DNA of 64,000 nt from TPA_inf: Saccharomyces (taxonomy: Eukaryota), in assembly GCA_000146045.2 (NCBI GenBank), contig BK006941.2:640001-704000 (forward strand). Direction: 5' to 3'. Numbering within the stretch: the stretch's first letter is position 1; each line of letters starts with the position of its first letter. Below the pieces are notes generated by a model, which saw only the letters and a list, made by a program, of their open reading frames with translations, was not told the origin of the DNA and ran no database searches. The position numbers and the translations under genes are program-made. Shown here in pieces: positions 55,136 to 64,000 of this stretch.

Positions 55136-55273
55136 CGTTCTAGCACTATGGGTAAGTGCAAATAGTTCGATCTAAAAGCCTAAATGCTAGTCACTATTAC
55201 CTCCTTGATGTTATATTTACAGAATAATGTCATGTCGTCTGTGGTGACTATTATTATTGCCTGAAAAAATTAA

Positions 55274-55320
55274 AGAAAATTTTTTGCGATGAGATGAGAT
55301 GAGAAAAAATGAAAAATTTT
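55274..55320. promoter_or_regulatory. PAC (GCGATGAG at 55286-55293, followed by ATGAGATGAG) and RRPE (TGAAAAATTTT at 55310-55320, plus AGAAAATTTTTT at 55274-55285) in the shared GTF1-NOP7 promoter
   Basis: The motifs were read directly from the sequence, about 100-130 bp upstream of the NOP7 ATG. PAC and RRPE are the hallmark elements of ribosome-biogenesis regulon promoters. Confidence 0.7.
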
Positions 55321-55416
55321 GGAAGGTTAATTAGAGATGTGTAGTAAATCCTGCTGGTGGAATACATTTTATTCCTGTAGAAAATAGTATAGTAACAGCG
55401 GTATCCTACTTATACA

Positions 55417-57234
55417 ATGAGAATCAAGAAGAAAAACACCAGAGGTAACGCAAGAAACTTTATTACCAGATCTCAAGCTGTGAGAAAATTACAGGTTTCT
55501 CTTGCTGATTTCAGAAGATTATGTATATTCAAAGGTATCTATCCTAGAGAGCCAAGAAATAAAAAGAAGGCAAACAAGGGCTCTACTGCACCAACTACTT
55601 TTTACTATGCTAAGGATATTCAATATCTAATGCATGAGCCCGTTTTGGCTAAATTTAGAGAACACAAGACTTTTGCTAGGAAACTAACAAGGGCTTTGGG
55701 TAGGGGAGAAGTCTCTTCTGCTAAAAGGTTAGAGGAAAACAGAGATAGTTATACTTTAGACCATATTATCAAGGAGCGTTATCCAAGTTTCCCAGATGCT
55801 ATAAGGGATATTGATGATGCTTTGAATATGTTATTTCTTTTCTCTAATTTGCCCTCTACCAACCAGGTTTCCTCGAAAATTATCAATGATGCTCAGAAAA
55901 TCTGTAATCAATGGTTAGCCTATGTTGCCAAGGAACGCTTGGTTCGTAAAGTGTTTGTATCCATTAAAGGTGTTTATTATCAAGCCAATATTAAGGGTGA
56001 AGAAGTTAGATGGTTAGTTCCATTCAAGTTTCCAGAAAACATCCCCAGTGACGTTGATTTCAGAATTATGTTGACCTTCTTAGAATTCTACTCGACTCTA
56101 TTGCATTTCGTCCTATATAAGTTATACACCGATAGTGGGTTGATTTATCCGCCAAAATTGGATCTTAAAAAGGATAAAATCATAAGTGGTTTGTCATCAT
56201 ATATTCTAGAATCCAGACAAGAAGACAGCCTACTAAAACTTGACCCAACTGAGATTGAGGAAGACGTAAAAGTTGAAAGTTTGGACGCATCGACATTAAA
56301 GTCTGCCTTGAATGCCGATGAGGCAAATACTGATGAAACAGAAAAGGAGGAAGAACAAGAAAAGAAACAAGAAAAGGAACAAGAAAAGGAACAAAATGAG
56401 GAAACGGAACTAGATACTTTCGAGGATAACAATAAGAACAAGGGTGACATCTTAATACAGCCAAGTAAGTACGATTCTCCTGTTGCTTCTTTGTTTTCTG
56501 CATTTGTTTTTTACGTTAGCAGAGAAGTTCCGATCGATATTCTTGAGTTCTTGATCTTATCTTGTGGTGGTAATGTCATCAGTGAAGCTGCTATGGACCA
56601 AATTGAAAATAAGAAGGATATTGACATGTCCAAGGTCACTCATCAAATTGTTGACAGGCCAGTTTTGAAAAACAAGGTAGCTGGCAGAACGTATATTCAG
56701 CCACAGTGGATATTTGATTGTATCAATAAAGGCGAATTGGTACCTGCCAACAAATATCTTCCAGGGGAGGCTCTTCCACCTCACTTAAGCCCATGGGGTG
56801 ATGCTATTGGTTACGATCCAACTGCTCCTGTCGAAGAAGGCGAAGAAGAAGAAAGTGAAAGTGAAAGTGAAAGTGAAGATCAAGTTGAGGAGGAAGATCA
56901 AGAAGTTGTTGCTGGAGAAGAAGATGATGACGATGACGAAGAGCTACAAGCTCAAAAAGAGCTTGAATTGGAAGCACAAGGTATCAAATATTCTGAAACT
57001 TCAGAAGCTGATAAGGATGTCAATAAGTCAAAGAACAAAAAGAGAAAGGTGGATGAAGAAGAAGAAGAAAAGAAATTGAAAATGATAATGATGAGTAACA
57101 AACAAAAGAAACTTTACAAAAAAATGAAGTATTCTAATGCTAAAAAGGAGGAACAAGCTGAGAACTTAAAAAAGAAAAAGAAGCAAATTGCCAAACAAAA
57201 AGCTAAACTGAATAAACTAGATTCCAAGAAATAG
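55417..57234 (+). CDS. NOP7: Nop7, pescadillo homolog and 60S biogenesis factor, 605 aa
   Basis: The ATG is at 55417 and the ORF is 605 aa. [46 protein letters not shown]... is the pescadillo N-terminal domain. There is a BRCT-like middle and acidic/lysine-rich C-terminal repeats. PAC and RRPE motifs lie upstream. Confidence 0.9.
56842..56874 (+). repeat. Coding GAA-rich tract containing (GAAAGT)x4, inside NOP7; encodes ...[10 protein letters not shown]...
   Basis: The perfect hexamer repeat at 56851-56874 was read directly from the sequence. A second coding repeat, (CAAGAAAAGGAA)x2, lies at about 56367-56394. Confidence 0.85.
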
Positions 57235-57444
57235 TTTTCTCTTCTTTTCCAATAGCCTCTCAAAAATTTTGTCTTTTAATTTAACATCTTTATTACTTTA
57301 TAATTCCTCGGTATAGCAACATTAGATATATAACTACACATTTTTGTTTGTAGATATAGAAATACCTGTACATTAAAAGTGGTTACTGTTGTTCTGTATA
57401 ACTATATGAGTGAATTTTGTAAAAATATGCCCAGGTGCCAATGA

Positions 57445-58368
57445 TTATATTAGAATATTTCCATGTGCTACCCTCGAGTCCATTGACTGTCTATCGGGTA
57501 CACTTAACTCTATATAGCCTTGTAGTTCCTTTTTTAAGTTCATCAAGGCAGTCTCTGTATAGTTTATACGATCGATATCGGTCCCCCTACTAACATTGAT
57601 GTATGCTTTTAAAAGGAACCCTCCGCTTGTTATTTGTGAATTGCCTGCTTCTTCTATTTGCCAAATTTTTTGTAACTCAAGTATTAAACCATGCTTCATA
57701 AAAAATTTCACACCAATTGTAAGATACTGAAATTCGAATACATAACCCAATCCGTTCATGAGCGAGGATACTGAAGAGTTTTTGCCAGCTGAAGATAATA
57801 TGATAGTCTCAGCTATCGTTTGCATTGAAACACTTCTATTGTTTCCTGCAGCAGGAATATCTGAAATTTGCAATGACCAAGGGGAACATGACTCGTTTGA
57901 AGGGGCGGGACTTGCATCCATGTCGACATCTATGATGTCATCGCTGTTTCGACTTTCATTTACAGTATCTTCTGTATGCTTACTGTTGTTTTGATCTTCG
58001 TTTGTGCTGTTGAAGTTGGTGACTTGCGGAACTGTGTTGTGCAAGATATTCCGTGTCATAGCATAGTTAAGCGGGATTTTATCGTTTGTAAAAGATTTCA
58101 AGATTCTAAAGTTTAATGGCTTATCCATCATTGTTTCATCGATCAGGTAAGAAAATGGCACCTCTTTGGAAAGTTTTATTCTATTTGGTTCAACCAATTG
58201 GTTTCTAGAGTTCACGTTCTCGACGTCGTAAGATGGATTTGGTTTCCAGACAGTGCATAAACTGTTATACAGTAGCGGAGGATTACCTGATATTGTGGTC
58301 AAAGTTGAAATTAGTAAATCGTAGCCGTCATCACCAATAGATCCAAAAAGGCTTAGTTGCTGAACCAT
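57445..58368 (-). CDS. SRB5: Srb5/Med18, Mediator head subunit, 307 aa
   Basis: The minus-strand ORF starts at the CAT at 58366-58368 and is 307 aa, at the YGR104C position. Confidence 0.85.
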   Translation of the reverse strand: MVQQLSLFGSIGDDGYDLLISTLTTISGNPPLLYNSLCTVWKPNPSYDVENVNSRNQLVEPNRIKLSKEVPFSYLIDETMMDKPLNFRILKSFTNDKIPLNYAMTRNILHNTVPQVTNFNSTNEDQNNSKHTEDTVNESRNSDDIIDVDMDASPAPSNESCSPWSLQISDIPAAGNNRSVSMQTIAETIILSSAGKNSSVSSLMNGLGYVFEFQYLTIGVKFFMKHGLILELQKIWQIEEAGNSQITSGGFLLKAYINVSRGTDIDRINYTETALMNLKKELQGYIELSVPDRQSMDSRVAHGNILI

Positions 58369-58598
58369 CTTTTCTTCTTAATATGGAATACCTTGGCTGG
58401 AAAATTCAATTTTCTACCTTTTTTTTTATTTTGGTTGTTTGTCTTCGATATTTGATAATTTTCTAGGTTATTTTATTTTTTTCAAATAAAAGAAAGGCAA
58501 AAGAGCTCTCACTATATATTACTAACCTGCAAGCTAAAATGAACGCAATACTGGAAAGCAATAGTAGAAACTAACCAAGACTTCAAAAGAATCAAATA

Positions 58599-58832
58599 AT
58601 GGCTGTAGATGTTCCTCGTGCGGTGATTAATAAACTTATGCTGTTTACTGCAGCGATGGTGGTACTGCCCGTACTCACTTTTTTCATTATTCAGCAATTT
58701 ACGCCAAATACCTTAATTAGTGGAGGTTTAGCTGCTGCAATGGCCAATGTTGTTCTAATCGTTTACATTGTTGTAGCGTTCCGCGAGGATACTGAAGATC
58801 ACAAAGTTGATGGTAATAAAAAGGAAGACTGA
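58599..58832 (+). CDS. VMA21: Vma21, V-ATPase assembly factor, 77 aa, two TM helices, C-terminal KKED
   Basis: The ATG is at 58599 and the ORF is 77 aa. [34 protein letters not shown]... contains two hydrophobic helices, and the protein ends ...DGNKKED with a dilysine ER-retrieval motif. Confidence 0.9.
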   Translation: MAVDVPRAVINKLMLFTAAMVVLPVLTFFIIQQFTPNTLISGGLAAAMANVVLIVYIVVAFREDTEDHKVDGNKKED

Positions 58833-58988
58833 TTGAGTAGTATATGTTGCTAGAAGAGAATATACAAGAAAAATAGTAGAGGCTAAATAAAAAAAAAGTA
58901 GCATTAAATGTTATGGATGATTGGGATATATATGCAAATAACCCAATCTTACATATGTTTCTTTCAAATATATGAGTATATATAACGA

Positions 58989-59786
58989 TTAATTGTTTTT
59001 TTTTATTGGGTTTGTTGATTTTTCCAACGCACCATATGTGATATCCAAATTAGATATCCAAGAAAGTGCAACAATCAAAATGAACAATAGCAACGCAGAA
59101 ACTATTAAACACATTAGTAGTCCTTCAGTCCAGATGGAGCTTAAAATATCATCGTCGCCTTCTTTACCCTTGTTGTTATCATGATGGCTCAAAGTCTCTT
59201 CTGTTGCATATTCATCGTCACCATCTTCATCTTCAAAAGCCCAACCAAGAGAGTTAATAACCACAGTCAAATTGTCGCCAGATTTATCTTCCAAAAACGA
59301 TAAGCAAGAATCAATAAATTCATCTAATTTTTTCAAATCGTAGGCATCCGAGGTAAACTTGAACAAAACGATGCTTTTATCATCTAAGGAGTATTCATAT
59401 AGTAAGTCAGAGGCACTTTCAGGTAATTCATCCACAGTAAATTGTTCCATAATGGGAGATAATGATTGAGAGATGTTCAAAGGCGAATCGTCATGAACAG
59501 TTAAACTGACATCATTGGCAAAGAATCTATTGAAGAATGGGTATTCTTCGTCAATCATCAAGTTGTCCAATAATGAGAAATTGTCAAATTCAAAAACAGC
59601 GATAGCACTGTCAACGGATGATATAACATCTGCCGTTGAAGATATAGTGCTGATGGTATCCCAGTTACTCTCTTTGTCGAACGAAATAAAGGAAGAGCTT
59701 TCCTTGGATGAATCTGCTTGCACAGTTTTGGAAATACAACATGATAACGTGAAGATGAAAAGGGCATACAGCTGACCGAACACCAT
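58989..59786 (-). CDS. VOA1: Voa1, V0 assembly protein, 265 aa
   Basis: The minus-strand ORF starts at the CAT at 59784-59786 and is 265 aa. It has a signal peptide, a single C-terminal transmembrane segment, and ends ...KKNN with a dilysine motif. It is at the YGR106C position. Confidence 0.85.
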   Translation of the reverse strand: MVFGQLYALFIFTLSCCISKTVQADSSKESSSFISFDKESNWDTISTISSTADVISSVDSAIAVFEFDNFSLLDNLMIDEEYPFFNRFFANDVSLTVHDDSPLNISQSLSPIMEQFTVDELPESASDLLYEYSLDDKSIVLFKFTSDAYDLKKLDEFIDSCLSFLEDKSGDNLTVVINSLGWAFEDEDGDDEYATEETLSHHDNNKGKEGDDDILSSIWTEGLLMCLIVSALLLFILIVALSWISNLDITYGALEKSTNPIKKNN

Positions 59787-60000
59787 TGCTTTAACTTTAC
59801 AGTTCGATTCTTATTATATATAGTCACAGCAGTGGTTATTATCAATGACTTTTTACCCTTTTTATTCTTGCTATAAACTTATCAACAGTTTGCTCTTATA
59901 AGAAATAGCGTTCTTTCTTTCTTTCGTGTAATGTGACACAATTTTGCTATTGCGGAAACTGCAGCATAGTCAGTGTAATAATCGTACTGTTGCTTTTTCA

Positions 60001-60023
60001 TTTTTTTTTTTTTTTTTTTTTTT
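60001..60023. repeat. 23-nt poly(dT) tract
   Basis: The tract was read directly from the sequence. It is 215 bp upstream of the VOA1 start on the other strand, in the promoter region, and 650 bp upstream of tL(GAG). Confidence 0.95.
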
Positions 60024-60672
60024 CTCATATAGAAAAACTGTTATTGAATGTTTTGACTAGTCTCATGAAATAAACATTAATAGTTACTAAAGGGTTCACA
60101 GCAACTATGAGAGGAACAAAGGTCACACAAATGATATCCCTTGTGTTCAATTGCTGCTAATTATCCGTGGCGGTTTCACTTGTATTATAACAACGAAGCG
60201 TATCTCAGACAGAAGTTATCGTACTGTTCTCATAATAATGATGAGGTGCGTTCTTTCTGACGCTCCGTACAAAGTGGTAATGTTGCACCAATTGTTCAAA
60301 CGTTTCTTTCGTTTATAAAAAGAATTTCTTAACAATTCAGAGATAATTGAAATAGCGACATGAAGTTATGAGCTTCCTTCAATCTCATTTTTCGTGTTTT
60401 ATTCCTTTCAAGAGATGGTTCGGACACACCTCATTTATCAATAGAGATGCCTCAGATATGAAAATACTTGTGGATTTTGTAAAGATTCAACCTGTATGGT
60501 CTGCGTGGATTGCCACTTATAGGGCTTTTCAAATTAGTATTTTAAAGGAGTTAGATCGGTTTCAAAAGGTCATGCTCCGGAGTAATTGACTTGATTTTGC
60601 AAAGCTTCACTTAAATGGCGTATCTTCCTTTTATAAATTGCGTTTGCTTTATTCCCTTACCCAACAGATGAA

Positions 60673-60756
60673 TTGGTACTCTGGCCGAGTGGTCTAAGGC
60701 GTCAGGTCGAGGTCCTGATCTCTTCGGAGGCGCGGGTTCAAACCCCGCGGGTATCA
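60673..60756 (+). tRNA. tL(GAG)G: tRNA-Leu, anticodon GAG, 84 nt with a long variable arm, no intron
   Basis: The sequence begins GGTACTCTGGCCGAGTGGTCTAAGGCG. The anticodon stem-loop is TCAGG-TCGAGGT-CCTGA, giving anticodon GAG. The long extra arm is TCTCTTCGGAGGC. The T-arm is GCGGG-TTCAAAC-CCCGC. The acceptor 3' strand is GGGTATC with discriminator A, followed by a T-run. Confidence 0.85.
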
Positions 60757-60952
60757 ATATTTTTTTGAATCTACGCACTTCAATAAGAATTAGGCTGTTA
60801 GGATAGCATTTTTTTTCTATGTACCAAAAGTATTCATACGTGGCTCCTTGTTACCCCACAAAACTTTTTTAGACTTGAGTGAGCTGAAAGACACCTAAAA
60901 GGAAGGACATTCCATTGATGGCTATTGTAGCCAAAAAATTAAAAAAGAAGAA

Positions 60953-61048
60953 CTCCTCATAGGGGGCTCGAACCCCTGACATTTCGGTATCCTTGCTTAA
61001 GCAAATACGCTTAAAAGCCGAACGCTCTACCAACTGAGCTAACAAGGA
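60953..61048 (-). tRNA. tK(UUU): tRNA-Lys, anticodon UUU, 96 nt including a 23-nt intron (intron at + coordinates 60988-61010)
   Basis: The reverse complement reads TCCTTGTTAGCTCAGTTGGTAGAGCGTTCGGCTTTTAA, then the intron gcgtatttgcttaagcaaggata, then CCGAAATGTCAGGGGTTCGAGCCCCCTATGAGGAG. The anticodon loop is C-T-TTT-A-A, and the intron sits at the canonical position between nucleotides 37 and 38. An oligo-T terminator is on the minus strand at 60940-60950. Confidence 0.9.
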
Positions 61049-61094
61049 TGAGTTCTTCATTTTTTCTGTAGTACTCTCTTGTACTTGCTATCTA

Positions 61095-61353
61095 GTAAAA
61101 GATAAAGATTGAGAAACAGTCACTAAATTTAATAGAAGCTAAGATGCAAGGATTGATACTGTATTAGGATAATGTAATATATAAAACGGAAGGAGAAATA
61201 ATCGCAATATTATTATGTAGAAATACTGATTCCATTTTGAGAATTCCTATATCCTGGAGGAGAACTTCTAGTATATTATGTATATACCTAGTATAATAGC
61301 GTTTACCAATACTGGAATCTCAATGATTATCAGATTACTCACGAATTTCTTTA
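61095..61353 (+). mobile_element. Ty1/Ty2 delta solo-LTR fragment, about 260 bp, 5'-truncated, lying 50-300 bp upstream of tK(UUU)
   Basis: The fragment aligns by eye to the canonical delta. It runs from ...GATGAGAAATAGTCATCTAAATTAGTGGAAGCTGAAACGCAAGGATTGATAATG through ACGGAATGAGGAATAATCGTAATATTAGTATGTAGAAATATAGATTCCATTTTGAGGATTCCTATATCCTCGAGGAGAACTTCTAGTATAT to the GGAATCCCAACAATTA...TCTTCA end. The window has the blocks TTGAGAAACAGTCACTAAATTTAATAGAAGCTAAGATGCAAGGATTGATACTG, ACGGAAGGAGAAATAATCGCAATATTATTATGTAGAAATACTGATTCCATTTTGAGAATTCCTATATCCTGGAGGAGAACTTCTAGTATAT and GGAATCTCAATGATTA. The first ~85 bp of a full delta are missing or degenerate. Confidence 0.75.
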
Positions 61354-63007
61354 ATAGAATAATGAATGATACCATACAAAATGGAAAAATAAAAATTATA
61401 AAATTTTCATGTACAATTACAGATTCCTTTTTGGGGATTTCTATATTCTCGAGGAGGAATTTTAATGCATTCCGTATGCCCATTAATATGGCATTTGATA
61501 ACAATGAATCCCAAAAACTGTTCCAAGATTCATATATTTCTCGCACCCGTTCCCCTAAACTTTATCCCATCTTAGCGGGTTGAATCCACGTTAACGTTCC
61601 ACTAGTAGATTTTCCACTTCTGTTACACTTACTGCGCAAGTGGCTCGTTTATCGTTTATTTACTTTGAAACAGTGCGACGGCACTACAAAGGAGCGCGTA
61701 ACAAACGTTACTATCCCGTTTCATTGTTTCAGATTATCACCATAGTTACATATGTAGGGAATGGCAACCAACCTGTTCCAACATTCTATTCAGACCGAGA
61801 AAATCCAGTAGGACTTAACGGTGGTTCCGAAATTCTATTTATATCATTGCTATTAGCTTTATGTATATTGGCAATTGAAGCGGTTCTTCTTCATGACATA
61901 ATAGTCCATCAACTGTTCGTGCAATTGATACAAATTAATTTTGAAGGCAATATTTAAGTTTGGTTTTCTTACGCAGAATACTTTTTAAAGTATCAACTTT
62001 CGTGCATCAGCTTCTGTCAGGTTCAATGATTGTTTAATTCTGGTCTTCAGGTCATATAATTTCACACCATTTTTTATCATCGCTTCTTGAAAATTCGATG
62101 TAAGGTAAATAATAGCTTCAGTTTGTTGCATGAGTAATATGCGGAAGATAACTGATTGTTATTTTAGCAGAAATCAATCAAGATGAAAATATCCACTACT
62201 TCGAAAATACGTAGCAAGCCAAGTTCAATCGGTAATCTATAGGTTCGGCAAGAGACTTTGCAATGCTAATGTTTACATTTCCTTGCCACAGTTCTCGTTG
62301 GAAACAAGCCTAATGTTAACGTATTTTCACCCGCATTAAACTACAATTGTTTTGGACGTAAGAATTTACAGCGCAATTGTTCTTTTCTATTTTATCATTA
62401 CGATTGTTCCAAGAGCTTCTTGCGTTATTTACCATATATTCTTGATCTATGAATGATAATAAACAAGAGTAAATGAATGTTTTATATGTTCATAATGACA
62501 ACAACTGGGGGGGAAATGAAAATATTTATCTTCTATTCATAGTAAAAATAATCTTAAAATTGAAACTAACGCTGAAAACTGCAACAGTTACGGCATTTTT
62601 TATTGATGCGTAAAAGCATTGTCTTTGTCAATTTTTGAACTATCGAATTGCTCCATAATATCATTCATGGTGTTATCCAATTATTTAGTAAGCTTCGCTT
62701 GTACTCAGTCATTTTTTTTTTTTGCATCCAATTTTATTGAAAGTCCGCCCGCTCTGTTAAAAAAGGCGTTTCTTCCAAATTTGAATAGGACACGATCGAG
62801 ATTCCCTCCGATTAATTATGTGCTACTGGCTCCTCTTTCGTCGTATTGCAAGTGGACTTTTCAACGAGGCTATGCATGCCCAGTGTCATTCTTGAAGCAG
62901 GCACACACAGACGCGCTTCAATTAGTTTTCTTTACTAGATGCATCATTTGGGCGGTTTTTCACTACCGTTTTCGAGTAGGGGCTCTCACAAAACGGGCAC
63001 GACCTTT

Positions 63008-63029
63008 TGTTTACAACCGCCCAAAGAGG
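63008..63029. promoter_or_regulatory. Forkhead core TGTTTAC (63008-63014) abutting an Mcm1-like CCCAAAGAGG (63020-63029) upstream of CLB1
   Basis: The motifs were read directly from the sequence, about 610 bp upstream of the CLB1 ATG. Further Fkh-like cores lie at 62105-62111, 62270-62276 and 62456-62462. CLB1 is a known CLB2-cluster gene. Confidence 0.45.
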
Positions 63030-63635
63030 AAAAACATCAACAATCAAGAAGCGGACACAAAATATAGAAGCACCATAAAACTCACGTCAACGGTAACTTT
63101 AAATTTGTTGTATTAATTAATCATTTTCAACTTGCATTTTTACAGCATCATTTATGGGTATCCTGCAAGTTAGGTGCGGAACGTACATAACATATTACTT
63201 CAATTTGCGTTCCGCATACGGTCTGCCCAATTTGTTTTGTTTGTGATTTCCTCATTCGTCTTCCTCTGCAGAAACGGGTTTGATCCTTCTTTTATGAATA
63301 CGGCGTGTAGTTATATATATTAAGTAATAGAAGTTATTGCACTTCTGTGTAAGAAGAAGATACTAGGGTGATCTATTCTAGGCAATTTTGGTTGTATTGT
63401 GTTTTTTACATTCGGCCAAACTTGAGCAGGCTGCAATTTTAGTGTCTTCGGTTTTTCCAGCGACAGTTTTACTTGTGGCTCTTGGTATAGTTTCTTAAAA
63501 CTATTAAAGTTGCTAACTGGTGCAGCTGTTTAGATCACAAAAGCGTAATTAAGAATAAGATCTACCAACAAGAACAGAGCCAAAATATTTTCGTCCGTTA
63601 TATCAACCATCAAAGGAAGCTTTAATCTTCTCATA

Positions 63636-64000
63636 ATGTCACGATCCCTTTTGGTAGAGAATAGTAGAACCATTAATAGTAATGAAGAGAAGGGGGTAAA
63701 CGAAAGTCAATATATCTTACAAAAGAGAAACGTCCCAAGGACCATTCTCGGTAATGTCACAAATAATGCAAATATCCTGCAAGAGATTTCTATGAACAGA
63801 AAAATTGGGATGAAGAACTTCTCAAAATTGAACAACTTCTTTCCTTTAAAGGATGATGTTTCGAGAGCCGATGACTTCACCTCCTCTTTTAATGACAGTA
63901 GACAGGGGGTGAAACAAGAAGTACTAAACAATAAGGAAAATATTCCTGAATATGGATATTCCGAGCAAGAAAAGCAGCAGTGCTCAAATGATGACTCTTT
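63636..64000 (+). CDS. CLB1: B-type cyclin Clb1, N-terminal 121 codons (the gene continues past the right edge of the window)
   Basis: The ATG is at 63636. The translation MSRSLLVENSRTINSNEEKGVNESQYILQKRNVPRTILGNVTNNANILQEISMNRKIGMKNF... is recognisable as CLB1 and includes the destruction-box-like RTILGNVTN. The ORF is open to the end of the window. Confidence 0.9.
   Translation, partial: MSRSLLVENSRTINSNEEKGVNESQYILQKRNVPRTILGNVTNNANILQEISMNRKIGMKNFSKLNNFFPLKDDVSRADDFTSSFNDSRQGVKQEVLNNKENIPEYGYSEQEKQQCSNDDS

Noticed and set aside
62619-63116. A 165-codon + strand ORF between the LTR region and CLB1, at the YGR107W position
   Set aside because: It overlaps the CLB1 promoter elements. It contains a T18 run encoding FFFF. 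Codon usage is poor and no domain is recognisable. I treat it as a dubious ORF. See the CLB1 promoter finding for how ribosome profiling could overturn this.
63176-63215. A perfect 8-bp inverted repeat GCGGAACG ... CGTTCCGC with a 24-bp spacer in the CLB1 upstream region
   Set aside because: The spacing is far from known Zn2Cys6 CGG-Nx-CCG geometries. A back-of-envelope estimate gives tens of such 8-bp inverted repeats with spacer of 30 nt or less expected by chance in 64 kb, so it is not significant on its own.

Overview
This window reads as a gene-dense stretch of the Saccharomyces cerevisiae chromosome VII right arm, running from the 5' end of PAC10 (YGR078C) to the 5' end of CLB1 (YGR108W). 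The identification rests on translated ORFs I recognise: PDC6, RPL11B, PIL1, CTT1, DBF2, VAS1, ESP1, TEL2, NOP7, VMA21 and others. Adjusting start codons reproduces the known protein lengths. The provided ORF track treats GTG and TTG as starts and translates them as M (for example at 32123, 8943, 53357, 36555), so I re-anchored every gene on a real ATG. I call 29 protein-coding genes (two partial), three tRNA genes and one Ty1 delta LTR fragment. The tRNAs are Thr-UGU, Leu-GAG and an intron-containing Lys-UUU. The delta fragment lies just upstream of the Lys tRNA, with unassigned LTR-like DNA beyond it. Regulatory motifs read directly from the sequence are listed here.
- STRE clusters upstream of CTT1 and PIL1.
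- Tandem Rap1 sites upstream of RPL11B.
- PAC plus RRPE in the shared GTF1-NOP7 promoter.
- Mcm1-Fkh (SFF-type) elements upstream of DBF2 and CLB1.
- A candidate ARS consensus in the 2 kb gene-free interval after NNF2.
- Long poly(dA:dT) tracts and simple repeats.
I found no evidence of a previously undescribed gene system. This is ordinary, well-annotated yeast chromosome with a small tRNA-plus-LTR hotspot. The items most worth a second look are the GC-rich structured block just downstream of the Thr tRNA (21851-21998), the unassigned 600 bp next to the delta fragment, and the STRE-rich GC island upstream of PIL1.
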